Assembly (NCBI GenBank): GCA_963775915.1
Contig: CAVZKH010000007.1
Span: 435,774-499,773 of the forward strand
Direction: 5' to 3'
From: an uncultured Gemmatimonadaceae bacterium
GTDB lineage: Bacteria; Gemmatimonadota; Gemmatimonadetes; Gemmatimonadales; Gemmatimonadaceae
DNA length: 64,000 bases
Shown: piece by piece, positions 10,317 to 19,056 of the stretch
Layout of the letters: every line of letters begins with the position of its first letter
How positions within the stretch are numbered: the stretch's first letter is position 1
Notes under the pieces: generated by a model
What the model was told of the DNA's origin: nothing
What the model saw: the letters and a program-made list of their open reading frames with translations, nothing else
The model's database searches: none
Translations under genes and position numbers: made by a program

Positions 10317-10802
10317 ATGACGCGGATCGCCATCTACGCCGGCAGCTTCGATCCCATCACGCGGGGCCACGAGGACCTGATGCTCCGCAGCCTCGGGTTC
10401 GTCGACCGGCTCGTCGTGGCGGTGGCCACCAACCTCGCCAAGCAGCCGCTGTTCACCGTGGAGGAACGGGTCGCCATGATCCGCACCGCGGTGAACCACG
10501 AGCCGCGCATCGACGTCCGCGAGTTCTCCGGCCTCCTGGTGGACTTCGCCAGGCAGGTGGACGCGACGCTGTTCATCCGCGGCCTGCGCGCGGTGAGCGA
10601 CTTCGAGTACGAATACCAGATGGCGCTGATGAACCGCCACCTCTCGCCGAATCTGGAGACGGTGTTCATGGTGCCCTCGCTCGACACCACGTACATCAGC
10701 TCCAGCCTGGTGCGCGAGATCGCGAAATTCGGCGGCGACGTGAGCGGGCTCGTGCACCCCGCCGTGGCCGACGCCCTCCGCCGGCGGTACGCCGGAGCAT
10801 GA
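10317..10802 (+). CDS. coaD: Pantetheine-phosphate adenylyltransferase
   Basis: 161 aa. [18 protein letters not shown] and ISSSLVREI. Confidence 0.93.
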   Translation: MTRIAIYAGSFDPITRGHEDLMLRSLGFVDRLVVAVATNLAKQPLFTVEERVAMIRTAVNHEPRIDVREFSGLLVDFARQVDATLFIRGLRAVSDFEYEYQMALMNRHLSPNLETVFMVPSLDTTYISSSLVREIAKFGGDVSGLVHPAVADALRRRYAGA

Positions 10803-11830
10803 GCTTCCTGGCCGACGTCCGGACGCGCGCCGCGGCGCTGCGCAAGCGCATCGTCTTTCCGGAGACGCGCGACCCGCGGACGCTGGACGCGGTGCGCGCG
10901 CTCAAGGCGCAGGCCGTGGTGGTGCCGCTCCTGGTGCTCGATCCCGAGGCGCCCGAGACGCACGCCGCGGTGAAGGCGCTCGGCGTCGATGCCCTGGATC
11001 CGGCCGCGGATCCGCGCGCCGACCAGATCGCGCAGATGCTCTTCTCGGCCCGCCACGACAAGGGGATGACCGAGGCGGAGGCGAACCGCCTCGCCCGCAC
11101 GCCGCTGTACTTCGCCGACGGACTGGTGCGGTTGGGCCTCGCCGACGGGTGCGTGGCCGGGGTGTGCCACACCACCGCCGAGGTGCTGCGCGCCTCGCTG
11201 GCCCTGCTCGGCCCGGCGCCGGGCGTCCACACGGTGTCGAGCGCGTTCTACATGGTGGTGCCCCCGTTCCGCGGCAGCGAGAACGACGAGGTGCTGACGT
11301 TCACCGACTGCGCCGTCATTCCGTACCCGACGGTGGAGCAGCTGGCCGACATCGCGATCGCCGCGGCGCGCGACCGGAAGCGCATCGTCGGCGACGATCC
11401 GGTGGTGGCGTTCCTGTCGTTCAGCACGCGGGGCAGCGCCGGCGGCCCGAGCGTGAACCTGGTGCGCAACGCGCTGCAGCTGGCGCGCACGCGGGCGCCC
11501 GAGATCCCGATGGACGGCGAGATGCAGGGCGACGCGGCGCTGATCGCGTCGGTGGCGGCGCGCAAGCTGCCCGACAGCGCGGTCGGCGGGCGCGCCAACG
11601 TGCTCGTCTTTCCGTCGCTCGACGCCGGCAACATCGCCTACAAGCTGGTGCAGCGGCTGGCCGACGCGAGCGCGGTGGGCCCGATCGTCCAGGGGCTGCG
11701 CCGGCCGTGCAGCGATCTCTCGCGCGGCGCCACGAGCGATGACATCTTTCACGTGGCGGCCGTGACCGCCCTTCAAGCACAGGACGGCCCGCCTCCGGCG
11801 GCGCCGGCTCCCGAGGAGAAACAGGCATGA
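10799..11830 (+). CDS. pta: Phosphate acetyltransferase (short PTA_PTB form)
   Basis: 343 aa. [49 protein letters not shown] overlap with coaD. Confidence 0.88.
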   Translation: MSFLADVRTRAAALRKRIVFPETRDPRTLDAVRALKAQAVVVPLLVLDPEAPETHAAVKALGVDALDPAADPRADQIAQMLFSARHDKGMTEAEANRLARTPLYFADGLVRLGLADGCVAGVCHTTAEVLRASLALLGPAPGVHTVSSAFYMVVPPFRGSENDEVLTFTDCAVIPYPTVEQLADIAIAAARDRKRIVGDDPVVAFLSFSTRGSAGGPSVNLVRNALQLARTRAPEIPMDGEMQGDAALIASVAARKLPDSAVGGRANVLVFPSLDAGNIAYKLVQRLADASAVGPIVQGLRRPCSDLSRGATSDDIFHVAAVTALQAQDGPPPAAPAPEEKQA

Positions 11831-12159
11831 GCTTCACGATCACGAAGAAGGGCGACGTATCGGTCGTGGCGATCGACGGCCAGTTGATCGTCAGCAACCG
11901 GCAGGACCTAAAGCAGAAGATGCTCGAGGAGCTCGAGGGCGGCGCCCGTAAGCTGCTCGTCGACTTCACGCAGACCGGCTACATCGACAGCTCCGGCCTC
12001 GGCGTGCTGGTGTCGCTGTCCAAGAAGATCCGGGAACAGGGCGGGGAACTTCGTCTGGCCGGGCTCAACGACGACCTGCGCACCCTGTTCGAGCTCACCA
12101 AGCTCGACACCCTGTTCCAGATCACCGATTCGCCCGAGCAGGCGCTCGCCAGCTTCTAG
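11827..12159 (+). CDS. STAS-domain anti-sigma-factor antagonist (SpoIIAA/RsbV-like)
   Basis: 110 aa. The sequence ...[22 protein letters not shown]... contains the phosphorylatable DSSG motif. ATGA overlap with pta. Confidence 0.88.
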   Translation: MSFTITKKGDVSVVAIDGQLIVSNRQDLKQKMLEELEGGARKLLVDFTQTGYIDSSGLGVLVSLSKKIREQGGELRLAGLNDDLRTLFELTKLDTLFQITDSPEQALASF

Positions 12160-12195
12160 GCGCCCGGCGATGGCGACGGCGATGGGGATCCGCCC

Positions 12196-12657
12196 GTGCA
12201 CGGCGGACGCGTGACCCCGGATTCCGGGCGGTCCTCCGAGCCGCGCGTGCTCGAGTTCGAGATCCCGAGCGACGTGCGGTTCATCGAGCGCGTGGTCGAC
12301 GCGGTGCGCGCCGAGTGCCGCCGCATGCGGTACGCCGAGCGGCACCTGAGCCTCAACGTCCCGGTGGCGCTCACCGAAGCGCTGGCCAACGCGATCCTCC
12401 GCGGCAACGGCGACGACCGCGACAAGTCGGTGCTGGTGGTCGTGCGCGTGGATTCGGCGCGGCTGGTGATCGAGGTGGCCGACCAGGGGGGCGGCTTCGA
12501 TCTCGAGACCTGCGCCATCGATCCCACCACTCCCGAAGGGCTCACGCACGAGGACGGGCGGGGGCTGTACCTCATGCTGCGGCTCATGGATCACGTGGAA
12601 CGCGTGCAGGCCGAGGGCCGCAACGTGGTCCGGATGACGCTCCGGCGGGGCGCGTGA
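12196..12657 (+). CDS. Anti-sigma regulatory factor / Ser-protein kinase (HATPase_c, RsbW/SpoIIAB-like)
   Basis: 153 aa. LTEALANAILRGN (N-box) and DQGGGFD...GRGLYLM (G-boxes). Confidence 0.82.
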   Translation: MHGGRVTPDSGRSSEPRVLEFEIPSDVRFIERVVDAVRAECRRMRYAERHLSLNVPVALTEALANAILRGNGDDRDKSVLVVVRVDSARLVIEVADQGGGFDLETCAIDPTTPEGLTHEDGRGLYLMLRLMDHVERVQAEGRNVVRMTLRRGA

Positions 12658-14243
12658 GCGATCTCACCTCGGTGCTCGCCGCCTTCAAGGAGGCCACCCG
12701 CTGCGACGCCGCGGTCTGGGTGGAGCCGCACGGCGGCGCGCCGCCGGTGTGCGAGGCCGCCACCTATCGCGGGCCGCCCCTCGAACGGTGGCCCGCGCCG
12801 TCGGAGCCCGCGTCGCCGGTGACCACGCCCGGCGGACCGGCCCTCGCGACGGCGGTGCCCGGGCCCACCCGCGCCTGGCTCGTCGTCGGGCCCTCGCCCT
12901 CCAGCCGCGCCGCTCTCGAGACGCACCTCCGCTTCCTCCTGCCCGTCGTCTCGCACTTCCTCCAGGCCTCGCTCGAAGTCGAACACGCCGCCGGCGAGCT
13001 CGCCGAGCGCTACGAGGAGATCAACCTCCTCTACACGATCGGCGAGATCCTCGGGCGCACGGTCGCGCTCGAGGAGGCGGCGCACACGATCCTGACGGAG
13101 ATCTGCGAGACCGTCGGGGCCCGGCGGGCCACCGTGCTCGTGTACGACGCGCCGTCGCGCCAGCTGCGAGTGGTCGCCGCCCTCGGCGCGCGGCCGGCGG
13201 CGCTGCCGTCGATCGCGGTGGACGACGAGTGCAGCATCACGGCCCGCGTCTTCCGGACCATGTATCCCGAAATCGCCGAGGCCGGCGAGGGCCCCTGCCC
13301 GCAGGAACGCGACCATCGCGACGGCGCCATGCTCTCGGTGCCGATCATCTGGTCCACGCCGCGCGGACCCGAAGCGCTGGGGGTGGTGAATCTGTCGGGG
13401 CGGCGCGGCGGGCTGCCGTTCACCGCCGGCGACCAGAAGCTCATCGCCGCCATCGCCACGCAGATCGGCACCGCCATCCAGAACGCGCGGCTCGTGCGCG
13501 CCTCCGTCGCCCAGCAGCGGCTGTCGCACGAGATGCAGATGGCGCACAACCTGCAGATGAAGCTGCTGCCGGGCGGCGTGGAGCTGACGCCGGACGCCGA
13601 CGCCGCGGCGCGGGTCGTGCCCGCCGAGAGCGTGGGCGGCGACCTCTACAATCTCTTCCGGCTGGGGCGCGGCCGCGTGGGCCTGCTGGTGGGCGACGTC
13701 TCGGGGCACGGGTACCAGGCCGCGCTCATCATGGCGCTGGTCATGAGCGCGTCGACCATCCACTCCAAGGCGAGCACCGACCCCGGCGCCATGCTGGCCG
13801 CCGTGCTCGGCTCCCTGCGCGACGAACTCGCCGACACCGAGATGTTCCTGTCGGCCTTCTACGCCGTGGTGGACCGCAGCACGGGCACGCTGCGCTACGC
13901 GAACGCCGGCCACCCGTCCGCGTTCATCCTGCACGCCGACGGCGAGGCCGAACGCCTGCTGGCGCTCGAACCGCCACTCGGGTTGGGCGGCAACGCGCCG
14001 GCCACGGCCAAGCGCAAGTGGGACGCCGCCGGCGATGTGCTGGTCGTGTTCACCGACGGCGTCAGCGACGCGCGCAACCGGAGCGGCGAGCGGTTCGGCG
14101 AGGAACGCGTGCTCGACCTCGTGCGCCGGCATCGCGCCGAGGCCTCCCGCGCCGTCGTCGACCGCGTGTTCGAGGCGCTGCAGGCGTTCATCGGCCGCGA
14201 ACGCGTGCGCGACGACCTGACCGTCGTCGTGCTGCGCAGCTGA
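12654..14243 (+). CDS. GAF-domain PP2C (SpoIIE/RsbU-type) Ser phosphatase
   Basis: The ORF-track entry 12315..14243 overlaps the previous gene. A GTG at 12654 gives a GTGA overlap with its stop. The GAF-like middle region (ILGRTVALEEAA...LSVPI...GVVNL) is followed by SpoIIE motifs GGDLYNLF...VGDVSGHG...FTDGVSDA...DDLTVVVLR. Confidence 0.85.
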   Translation: MSDLTSVLAAFKEATRCDAAVWVEPHGGAPPVCEAATYRGPPLERWPAPSEPASPVTTPGGPALATAVPGPTRAWLVVGPSPSSRAALETHLRFLLPVVSHFLQASLEVEHAAGELAERYEEINLLYTIGEILGRTVALEEAAHTILTEICETVGARRATVLVYDAPSRQLRVVAALGARPAALPSIAVDDECSITARVFRTMYPEIAEAGEGPCPQERDHRDGAMLSVPIIWSTPRGPEALGVVNLSGRRGGLPFTAGDQKLIAAIATQIGTAIQNARLVRASVAQQRLSHEMQMAHNLQMKLLPGGVELTPDADAAARVVPAESVGGDLYNLFRLGRGRVGLLVGDVSGHGYQAALIMALVMSASTIHSKASTDPGAMLAAVLGSLRDELADTEMFLSAFYAVVDRSTGTLRYANAGHPSAFILHADGEAERLLALEPPLGLGGNAPATAKRKWDAAGDVLVVFTDGVSDARNRSGERFGEERVLDLVRRHRAEASRAVVDRVFEALQAFIGRERVRDDLTVVVLRS

Positions 14244-14252
14244 CCGCATCGC

Positions 14253-15074
14253 GTGGCTGAACGCCGACGTCCGAGCGCGCGCGGCGCTTACCCGCCCGTC
14301 CGCAAGAGCCTGGGCCAGCACTTCCTGCACGATTCGCGCGCGCTCGAGCGCATCGTCGACGCGCTCCAGCTCACGGGCACGGAAACGGTCGTCGAGATCG
14401 GGCCGGGGCGCGGGGCCCTGACCGACCGCCTGCTCCCACGCTGCCGCCGGCTCGTGCTCGTGGAGTACGACCGCGCGCTGGCCCAGCTGCTCCGCGATCG
14501 GTACGCCGCCGTTCCGTCGGTCACGGTCCTGGAGGCCGACGTGCTGGCCACCGACCTCGGCGCGGCCGCCGGCGGACCGTACGTGCTGGTGGGGAACGTG
14601 CCGTACTACATCACGACGCCCATCCTCTTCCACGCCCTCCAGCCGACGCGCCCCGAGCGCGCCGTCTTCCTGGTGCAGCGCGAAGTGGCCGAACGGCTCG
14701 CCGCGCCGCCGGGCTCACGAACCTATGGCGCGCTCACGGTCAACGTGCGCGCCGTGGCCACCGTGGAGCTGGTGGCCCGCGTGCCGCCCGGCGCGTTCAA
14801 GCCGCCGCCCAGGGTGGAGAGCGCGGTGGTGCGCATCACGCCCGTGGCCACGCCCCTCGTGCGGCCCGAGGAGGAAGCAGGGTTCCGTACGCTGGTGCTG
14901 GAGCTGTTCGGCATGCGCCGCAAGCAGATGCGCCGCATCGTGCGGTCGGTGGCGGCGCTCGACGCCGAGCGGGCCGAGGCGGTGCTGCGCGAGGCCGGCA
15001 TCGATCCCGACGCGCGGCCGGAGACGCTGGCCCCCGAAGCGTTCGCGGCGCTCCTGCGCGTGCTCGGCCGCTAG
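14253..15074 (+). CDS. rsmA: 16S rRNA (adenine1518/1519-N6)-dimethyltransferase
   Basis: 273 aa. LGQHFLHD, VVEIGPGRGALT, GNVPYYITTPI. Confidence 0.92.
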   Translation: MAERRRPSARGAYPPVRKSLGQHFLHDSRALERIVDALQLTGTETVVEIGPGRGALTDRLLPRCRRLVLVEYDRALAQLLRDRYAAVPSVTVLEADVLATDLGAAAGGPYVLVGNVPYYITTPILFHALQPTRPERAVFLVQREVAERLAAPPGSRTYGALTVNVRAVATVELVARVPPGAFKPPPRVESAVVRITPVATPLVRPEEEAGFRTLVLELFGMRRKQMRRIVRSVAALDAERAEAVLREAGIDPDARPETLAPEAFAALLRVLGR

Positions 15075-15694
15075 TCGCGGTTGGTGAGGGCGAACGACAG
15101 CCCTTCCAGCTCCATGGCCATGTTCACCGTCTTCACGGTCACGTCGGCCGGCACGTGGAGCTGCGCCGGCGCGAAGTTGAGAATGGCCTTGAGCCCGCAG
15201 CGAACCAGACGCTCGGTCACCGGCTGCGCGGCCTCCTCCGGCACGGCGAGCACGGCGATGTCGGGGTGCAGCCGCTTGATGTCGGCGTCCAGGTGGTGAA
15301 TGTCGCGCACCACCAGCCCGTCCAGATCGCTGCCGACAATGGCCGGGTCGTTGTCATAGGCGGCGACGATGTGAAAGCCGCGCTGCTGGAACCCATGGTG
15401 GCGGGTGAGGGCGGCGCCGATCTTGCCGGTGCCGACGATGATGACCTTCCACTGGCGGCCAAGGCCGAGGATCTCGCGCAGGCGGCCGGCGAGTTCGGGC
15501 ACCGAATAGCCGAGCCCGCGCTTGCCGAACGAGCCGAAGAAGGAGAGGTCCTTGCGGACCTGGGCGGAAGTGGTGCCGCCGCGCCGGGCGAGCTCGTCGC
15601 TGGAGATCGTGGCCAAGCCGCGCTCCTCGAAATCCTCGAGGAACCGCAGGTAGGCGGACAGGCGCCTGACGGTCGAATCGGCGATACGTTTCAC
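15071..15694 (-). CDS. rex: Redox-sensing transcriptional repressor Rex
   Basis: Winged-helix STVRRLSAYLRFLE and Rossmann IIVGTGKIGAAL. The ORF is open to 15781, but I prefer GTG at 15694 because a perfect Rex operator lies just upstream of it. Confidence 0.88.
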   Translation of the reverse strand: MKRIADSTVRRLSAYLRFLEDFEERGLATISSDELARRGGTTSAQVRKDLSFFGSFGKRGLGYSVPELAGRLREILGLGRQWKVIIVGTGKIGAALTRHHGFQQRGFHIVAAYDNDPAIVGSDLDGLVVRDIHHLDADIKRLHPDIAVLAVPEEAAQPVTERLVRCGLKAILNFAPAQLHVPADVTVKTVNMAMELEGLSFALTNRD

Positions 15695-15707
15695 GGCGCG
15701 GGACGGC

Positions 15708-15725
15708 TTGTGAATTGATTCACAA
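15708..15725. promoter_or_regulatory. Rex operator (perfect palindrome TTGTGAATTGATTCACAA)
   Basis: Exact match to the TTGTGAA-N4-TTCACAA Rex box, located in the rex/arcA divergent intergenic region. Confidence 0.8.
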
Positions 15726-15779
15726 GATACTAGCCGGCCCGCCGGGGCACCAGCACCGGGGGCGCGGTTAGCTTTGAGC

Positions 15780-17015
15780 ATGCCCGTTCACGTCAGCTCA
15801 GAAATCGGCCGCCTGCGCGGGGTGCTGGTGCACACGCCGGGACGCGAGCTGCTCGCCGTGACCCCGTCCACGCGGGAAGACTACCTCTACGACGACATCA
15901 TCGACGCCGACAGCGCCCAGCGCGAGCACCGGCGGTTCATCGCCCTGCTGGAACGCTTCGCCACGGTGTATCAGGTGAGCGACCTGCTCGAACAGGTGCT
16001 GGCCAGCGCGCCGGCCCGCGAGCAGCTGATGCGCTCGGCCATGGACATCGTCCCCTCCGAACCGCTGGCCCGCGACCTGACGGAACTCGACCCGCCGGCG
16101 CTGACCCGGATGCTCATCGAAGGCCGCGAAGACGTGCCCGGGCCGCTCGCCAAGGCGCTCAACGAACCCGGGTACATGCTGCCGCCGCTGCCCAACCTCT
16201 TCTTCACGCGCGACAGCGCCATGGTCACCGGCGACCACGTGCTGGTGGGGTCCATGCGCTACGGCATCCGGTGGCCGGAAGAGCTGATCATGCGGTCGCT
16301 GTTCAGCCACCATCCGGCGCTGGCCAACGCCGGCATTCTGTTCGACGGCGCCAGCGAACGCCGCACCAACCACACGCTCGAGGGCGGCGACGTGCATCCG
16401 CTGCGGCGCGACCTCGTGGTCATCGGGTTCAGCGAGCGGTCGAGCCCGGCGGCCATCGATCAGCTGGCGGCGCTGTTCTTCGAGCGCACGCCGATCACCG
16501 ACGTCATCGTCGTCGTGATGCCGAAGCAGGACACGGCCATCCATCTCGACATGGTGTTCACGCAGGTGGACCGCGACCTAGCAGTCGTGTACCCGCCGCA
16601 CTTCATCGGGTCGGAACGGCTGAGCGTGCTGCACTGGCGGAAGGGGCGCGCCCAGCTCAGGGAGATGTCGAACATCTTCGCCGCGCTCAAGGAGTGCGGC
16701 ATGCCGATGGAGCCGATCTTCTGCGGCGGCGAGCGGCGCACCACGCAGGAGCGGGAGCAGTGGGCATCGGGGTGCAACTTCGTGGCCGTGGCGCCCGGCG
16801 TCGTGCTGTCGTACCATCGCAACGACGAGACGCAGCGCGAGATGGAGCGCATGGGCTTCGACATCGTGCCCGCGGTTTCCTACCTCACCGGCCAGCACTC
16901 GATCGATACCGGCAAGCGCACCGTGATCACCTTCGAGGGCTCGGAGCTGGTGCGGGCCGGCGGCGGCCCGCGGTGCATGACCTGCCCGGTGCTGCGGGAC
17001 GATCCGTGGGCGTGA
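15780..17015 (+). CDS. arcA: Arginine deiminase
   Basis: About 411 aa from ATG 15780 (the ORF track begins at TTG 15774). VHVSSEIGRLRGVLVHTPG, FFTRDS, LEGGDV, and a C-terminal GGGPRCMTCP with the catalytic Cys. Confidence 0.88.
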   Translation: MPVHVSSEIGRLRGVLVHTPGRELLAVTPSTREDYLYDDIIDADSAQREHRRFIALLERFATVYQVSDLLEQVLASAPAREQLMRSAMDIVPSEPLARDLTELDPPALTRMLIEGREDVPGPLAKALNEPGYMLPPLPNLFFTRDSAMVTGDHVLVGSMRYGIRWPEELIMRSLFSHHPALANAGILFDGASERRTNHTLEGGDVHPLRRDLVVIGFSERSSPAAIDQLAALFFERTPITDVIVVVMPKQDTAIHLDMVFTQVDRDLAVVYPPHFIGSERLSVLHWRKGRAQLREMSNIFAALKECGMPMEPIFCGGERRTTQEREQWASGCNFVAVAPGVVLSYHRNDETQREMERMGFDIVPAVSYLTGQHSIDTGKRTVITFEGSELVRAGGGPRCMTCPVLRDDPWA

Positions 17016-17662
17016 TCGATCCGGCGGTGCGGCTGGCCGAACTCACCTACGTCGTGGTCGACGTCGAGACCACCGGCACGGCGCACGGCCGGGGCGACCG
17101 GATCACCGAGTTCGCCGCCGTCGTCCTGCGCGGCGGCACGGTGCGGGATTCATACTCGACGCTCGTGAACCCCGAGCGGCCGATCCCGCGCTACATCACG
17201 CAGCTCACCGGCATCAGCAGCGCCATGGTGCAGGACGCGCCGCGCTTCCGCGACGTGAGCGCCGACGTCCGGCGGCTGCTCGAGGAGCCGCACGTGTTCG
17301 TGGCCCACAACGCCCCCTTCGACTGGGGGTTCGTGCGCATGGAGATGGAGCGCGCCGGGGAACCGCCGCCGGAGAACGCGCGGCTCTGCACGGTGCGCCT
17401 GGCCCGCCGGCTGCTCGCGCACCTGCCGCGGCGGTCGCTCGATCACGTCACGGCGCACTACGGCATCGCGGTCGAGAGCCGCCACCGGGCGATGGGCGAC
17501 GCGATGGCCACGGCGCGGGTGCTCTCCCGGCTGCTCGACGACGCCTTCGACCGGGGCTGCGACAGCTGGAGCGACCTCGAACGGCTGCTGCATCCCGGGC
17601 TCGCGCGGCGGAAGCGCTGGTCGGCGCTGCCGCGCCCCGCCGCCGACGACCGGACGGCCTGA
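17012..17662 (+). CDS. DEDDh 3'-5' exonuclease (DnaQ / Pol III epsilon-like)
   Basis: GTG at 17012 gives a GTGA overlap with arcA. Exo motifs VVVDVETTG, HNAPFDWGF and HRAMGDA. About 216 aa. Confidence 0.85.
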   Translation: MIDPAVRLAELTYVVVDVETTGTAHGRGDRITEFAAVVLRGGTVRDSYSTLVNPERPIPRYITQLTGISSAMVQDAPRFRDVSADVRRLLEEPHVFVAHNAPFDWGFVRMEMERAGEPPPENARLCTVRLARRLLAHLPRRSLDHVTAHYGIAVESRHRAMGDAMATARVLSRLLDDAFDRGCDSWSDLERLLHPGLARRKRWSALPRPAADDRTA

Positions 17663-17664
17663 CG

Positions 17665-18534
17665 ATGCAGCCTTCCGTCGAGACGCGAACCGTCGGCAAG
17701 TGGAAGGTCCACGCCATCCAGGCGGGGGGCCAGAAGCTGGACGGCGGCGCCATGTTCGGCGTCGTCCCCAAGCCGCTGTGGGAACGGCGCATCCCGGCCG
17801 ACGAGCGGAACCGGATTCAGATGGGCATGCGCTGCCTGCTGATCGAGCACGAGCGCGGGCTGGTGCTCATCGACAACGGGCTCGGCAACAAGGAGTCGGA
17901 CAAGTTCCACCAGATCTACGGCGCCGAGAACGCGGGCGAGGGGGGCCGGACCTGGCTGGAGGACGGCCTGCGCCGGCTCGGCATCGCGCCCGGCGACGTG
18001 GCGCTGATGATCGACACCCACCTCCATTTCGACCACGCGGGCGGCAACACGTATGTGGACGCGGAGAGGCAGGTGCGCCTCACGTTCCCGCGGGCGCGGT
18101 ACGTGGTGCAGCGGGCCGAATACCTCTGGGCCACGACGACCAACGAGCGGACAGTGGCCAGCTACTTCGCCCACAACTTCGTGCCGGTCATGGAGTCGGG
18201 GCGGCTGGAACTCGTGAGCGGCGAGGTGGAGATTGTCCCCGGCATCACGCTCATGCCCACGCCGGGGCACACGCCAGGCCACCAGTCGGTGCGGCTCGAC
18301 TCGGGCGGGGAAACCGCGCTCTTCCTCGGCGATCTGGTCCCCACCGCGGCCCACCTGCCGCTGCCCTGGATCATGGGCTACGACGTGGAGCCGATGGTGA
18401 CCCTGGAAACCAAGCGGCGCATCCTCAAGACGGCCTGCGAGCAGGAGTGGTTGGTGGTGTTCGAGCACGACGCCGTGAACCCGTGGGGCCGGGTGGTGCA
18501 CGACGGGAAGGGGTACGCGCTCGGGGCGCCATAG
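17665..18534 (+). CDS. MBL-fold metallo-hydrolase
   Basis: 289 aa. THLHFDHAGG (HxHxDH) and a later PGHTPGH. Confidence 0.85.
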   Translation: MQPSVETRTVGKWKVHAIQAGGQKLDGGAMFGVVPKPLWERRIPADERNRIQMGMRCLLIEHERGLVLIDNGLGNKESDKFHQIYGAENAGEGGRTWLEDGLRRLGIAPGDVALMIDTHLHFDHAGGNTYVDAERQVRLTFPRARYVVQRAEYLWATTTNERTVASYFAHNFVPVMESGRLELVSGEVEIVPGITLMPTPGHTPGHQSVRLDSGGETALFLGDLVPTAAHLPLPWIMGYDVEPMVTLETKRRILKTACEQEWLVVFEHDAVNPWGRVVHDGKGYALGAP

Positions 18535-18783
18535 CGGCAACGGCAACGGCAACTGCAACGGCAACTGCCGGGAACTGCGATCAGAACGGAAACAACCGAT
18601 CGCGCGGATTGAACGACAACGGCAACTGCTGTGGGCAACTTCTCCGCCATTGGGATCGCGACCGGAGCGCGCGGGGCTCGATGGCGGGGTAGTTCTCGTG
18701 CCTCTTGCCGTTGCAGTTATCCTTGAAATCTGTTTCTTCCGGCTTGATCGTAGTTCCAGTCAGTCGTTGTTGCCGTTGGCGCC
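18525..18783. repeat. About 260-nt imperfect palindrome built from GGCAAC/TGCAAC and GTTGCC/GTTGCA units
   Basis: Five tandem hexamers at 18536..18565. Arm pairings: GGCGCC 18525-30 with 18778-83; GGAACTGCGATC 18571-82 with GATCGTAGTTCC 18746-57; AACTGCAACGGCAA with TTGCCGTTGCAGTT. No credible ORF with a start codon. Confidence 0.7.
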
Positions 18784-18842
18784 TGGCCGGACCCTCCACG
18801 GGCGCCGGCGCCGCCCACGCGACCGGGGAGCCGCACCCGGAC

Positions 18843-18871
18843 TTGACCCCTGAGGTGAGGCCCCCTAAGTT
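18843..18871 (+). promoter_or_regulatory. Putative sigma-70-type promoter of infC-rpmI-rplT
   Basis: TTGACC (18843..18848), 17-nt spacer, TAAGTT (18866..18871). Sequence match only. Confidence 0.45.
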
Positions 18872-19004
18872 CAGGCTTCACAACTTGGTAAGCGAAACGA
18901 CGGGCTGTCGTTTCCACCCTCTGGCCCTTCGCCTCGGCGAGGGCGTGCTGCAGGAGTCCAGGCCGGTTCGCCGCGTCGCTCGGTTCCCGAGCGCCGGCGC
19001 CGTC

Positions 19005-19039
19005 ATGCGGACTCCCAGTGGGTCCGCATTTTTTTCTTC
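19005..19039 (+). promoter_or_regulatory. Terminator-like hairpin plus T-tract in the infC leader (candidate attenuator)
   Basis: ATGCGGAC (19005-12) pairs with GTCCGCAT (19022-29), followed by TTTTTTTCTT. It lies immediately upstream of the infC Shine-Dalgarno sequence. Confidence 0.55.
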
Positions 19040-19056
19040 AGAACGAGGTTTTCGCC

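Noticed and set aside
18536-18565. The tandem GGCAAC/TGCAAC repeats as a CRISPR array or other spaced-repeat locus
   Set aside because: The units are 6 nt and directly abutting, with no spacers and no cas genes. They are part of a larger palindrome.
19018-19056. GTG 19018 as the infC start (ORF-track call)
   Set aside because: The codon lies in the loop of the terminator-like hairpin (19005-19029) and has no Shine-Dalgarno sequence. The added residues ([13 protein letters not shown]) include a translated T-tract. An SD plus ATC at 19057 fits known non-canonical infC starts. This is not fully excluded.
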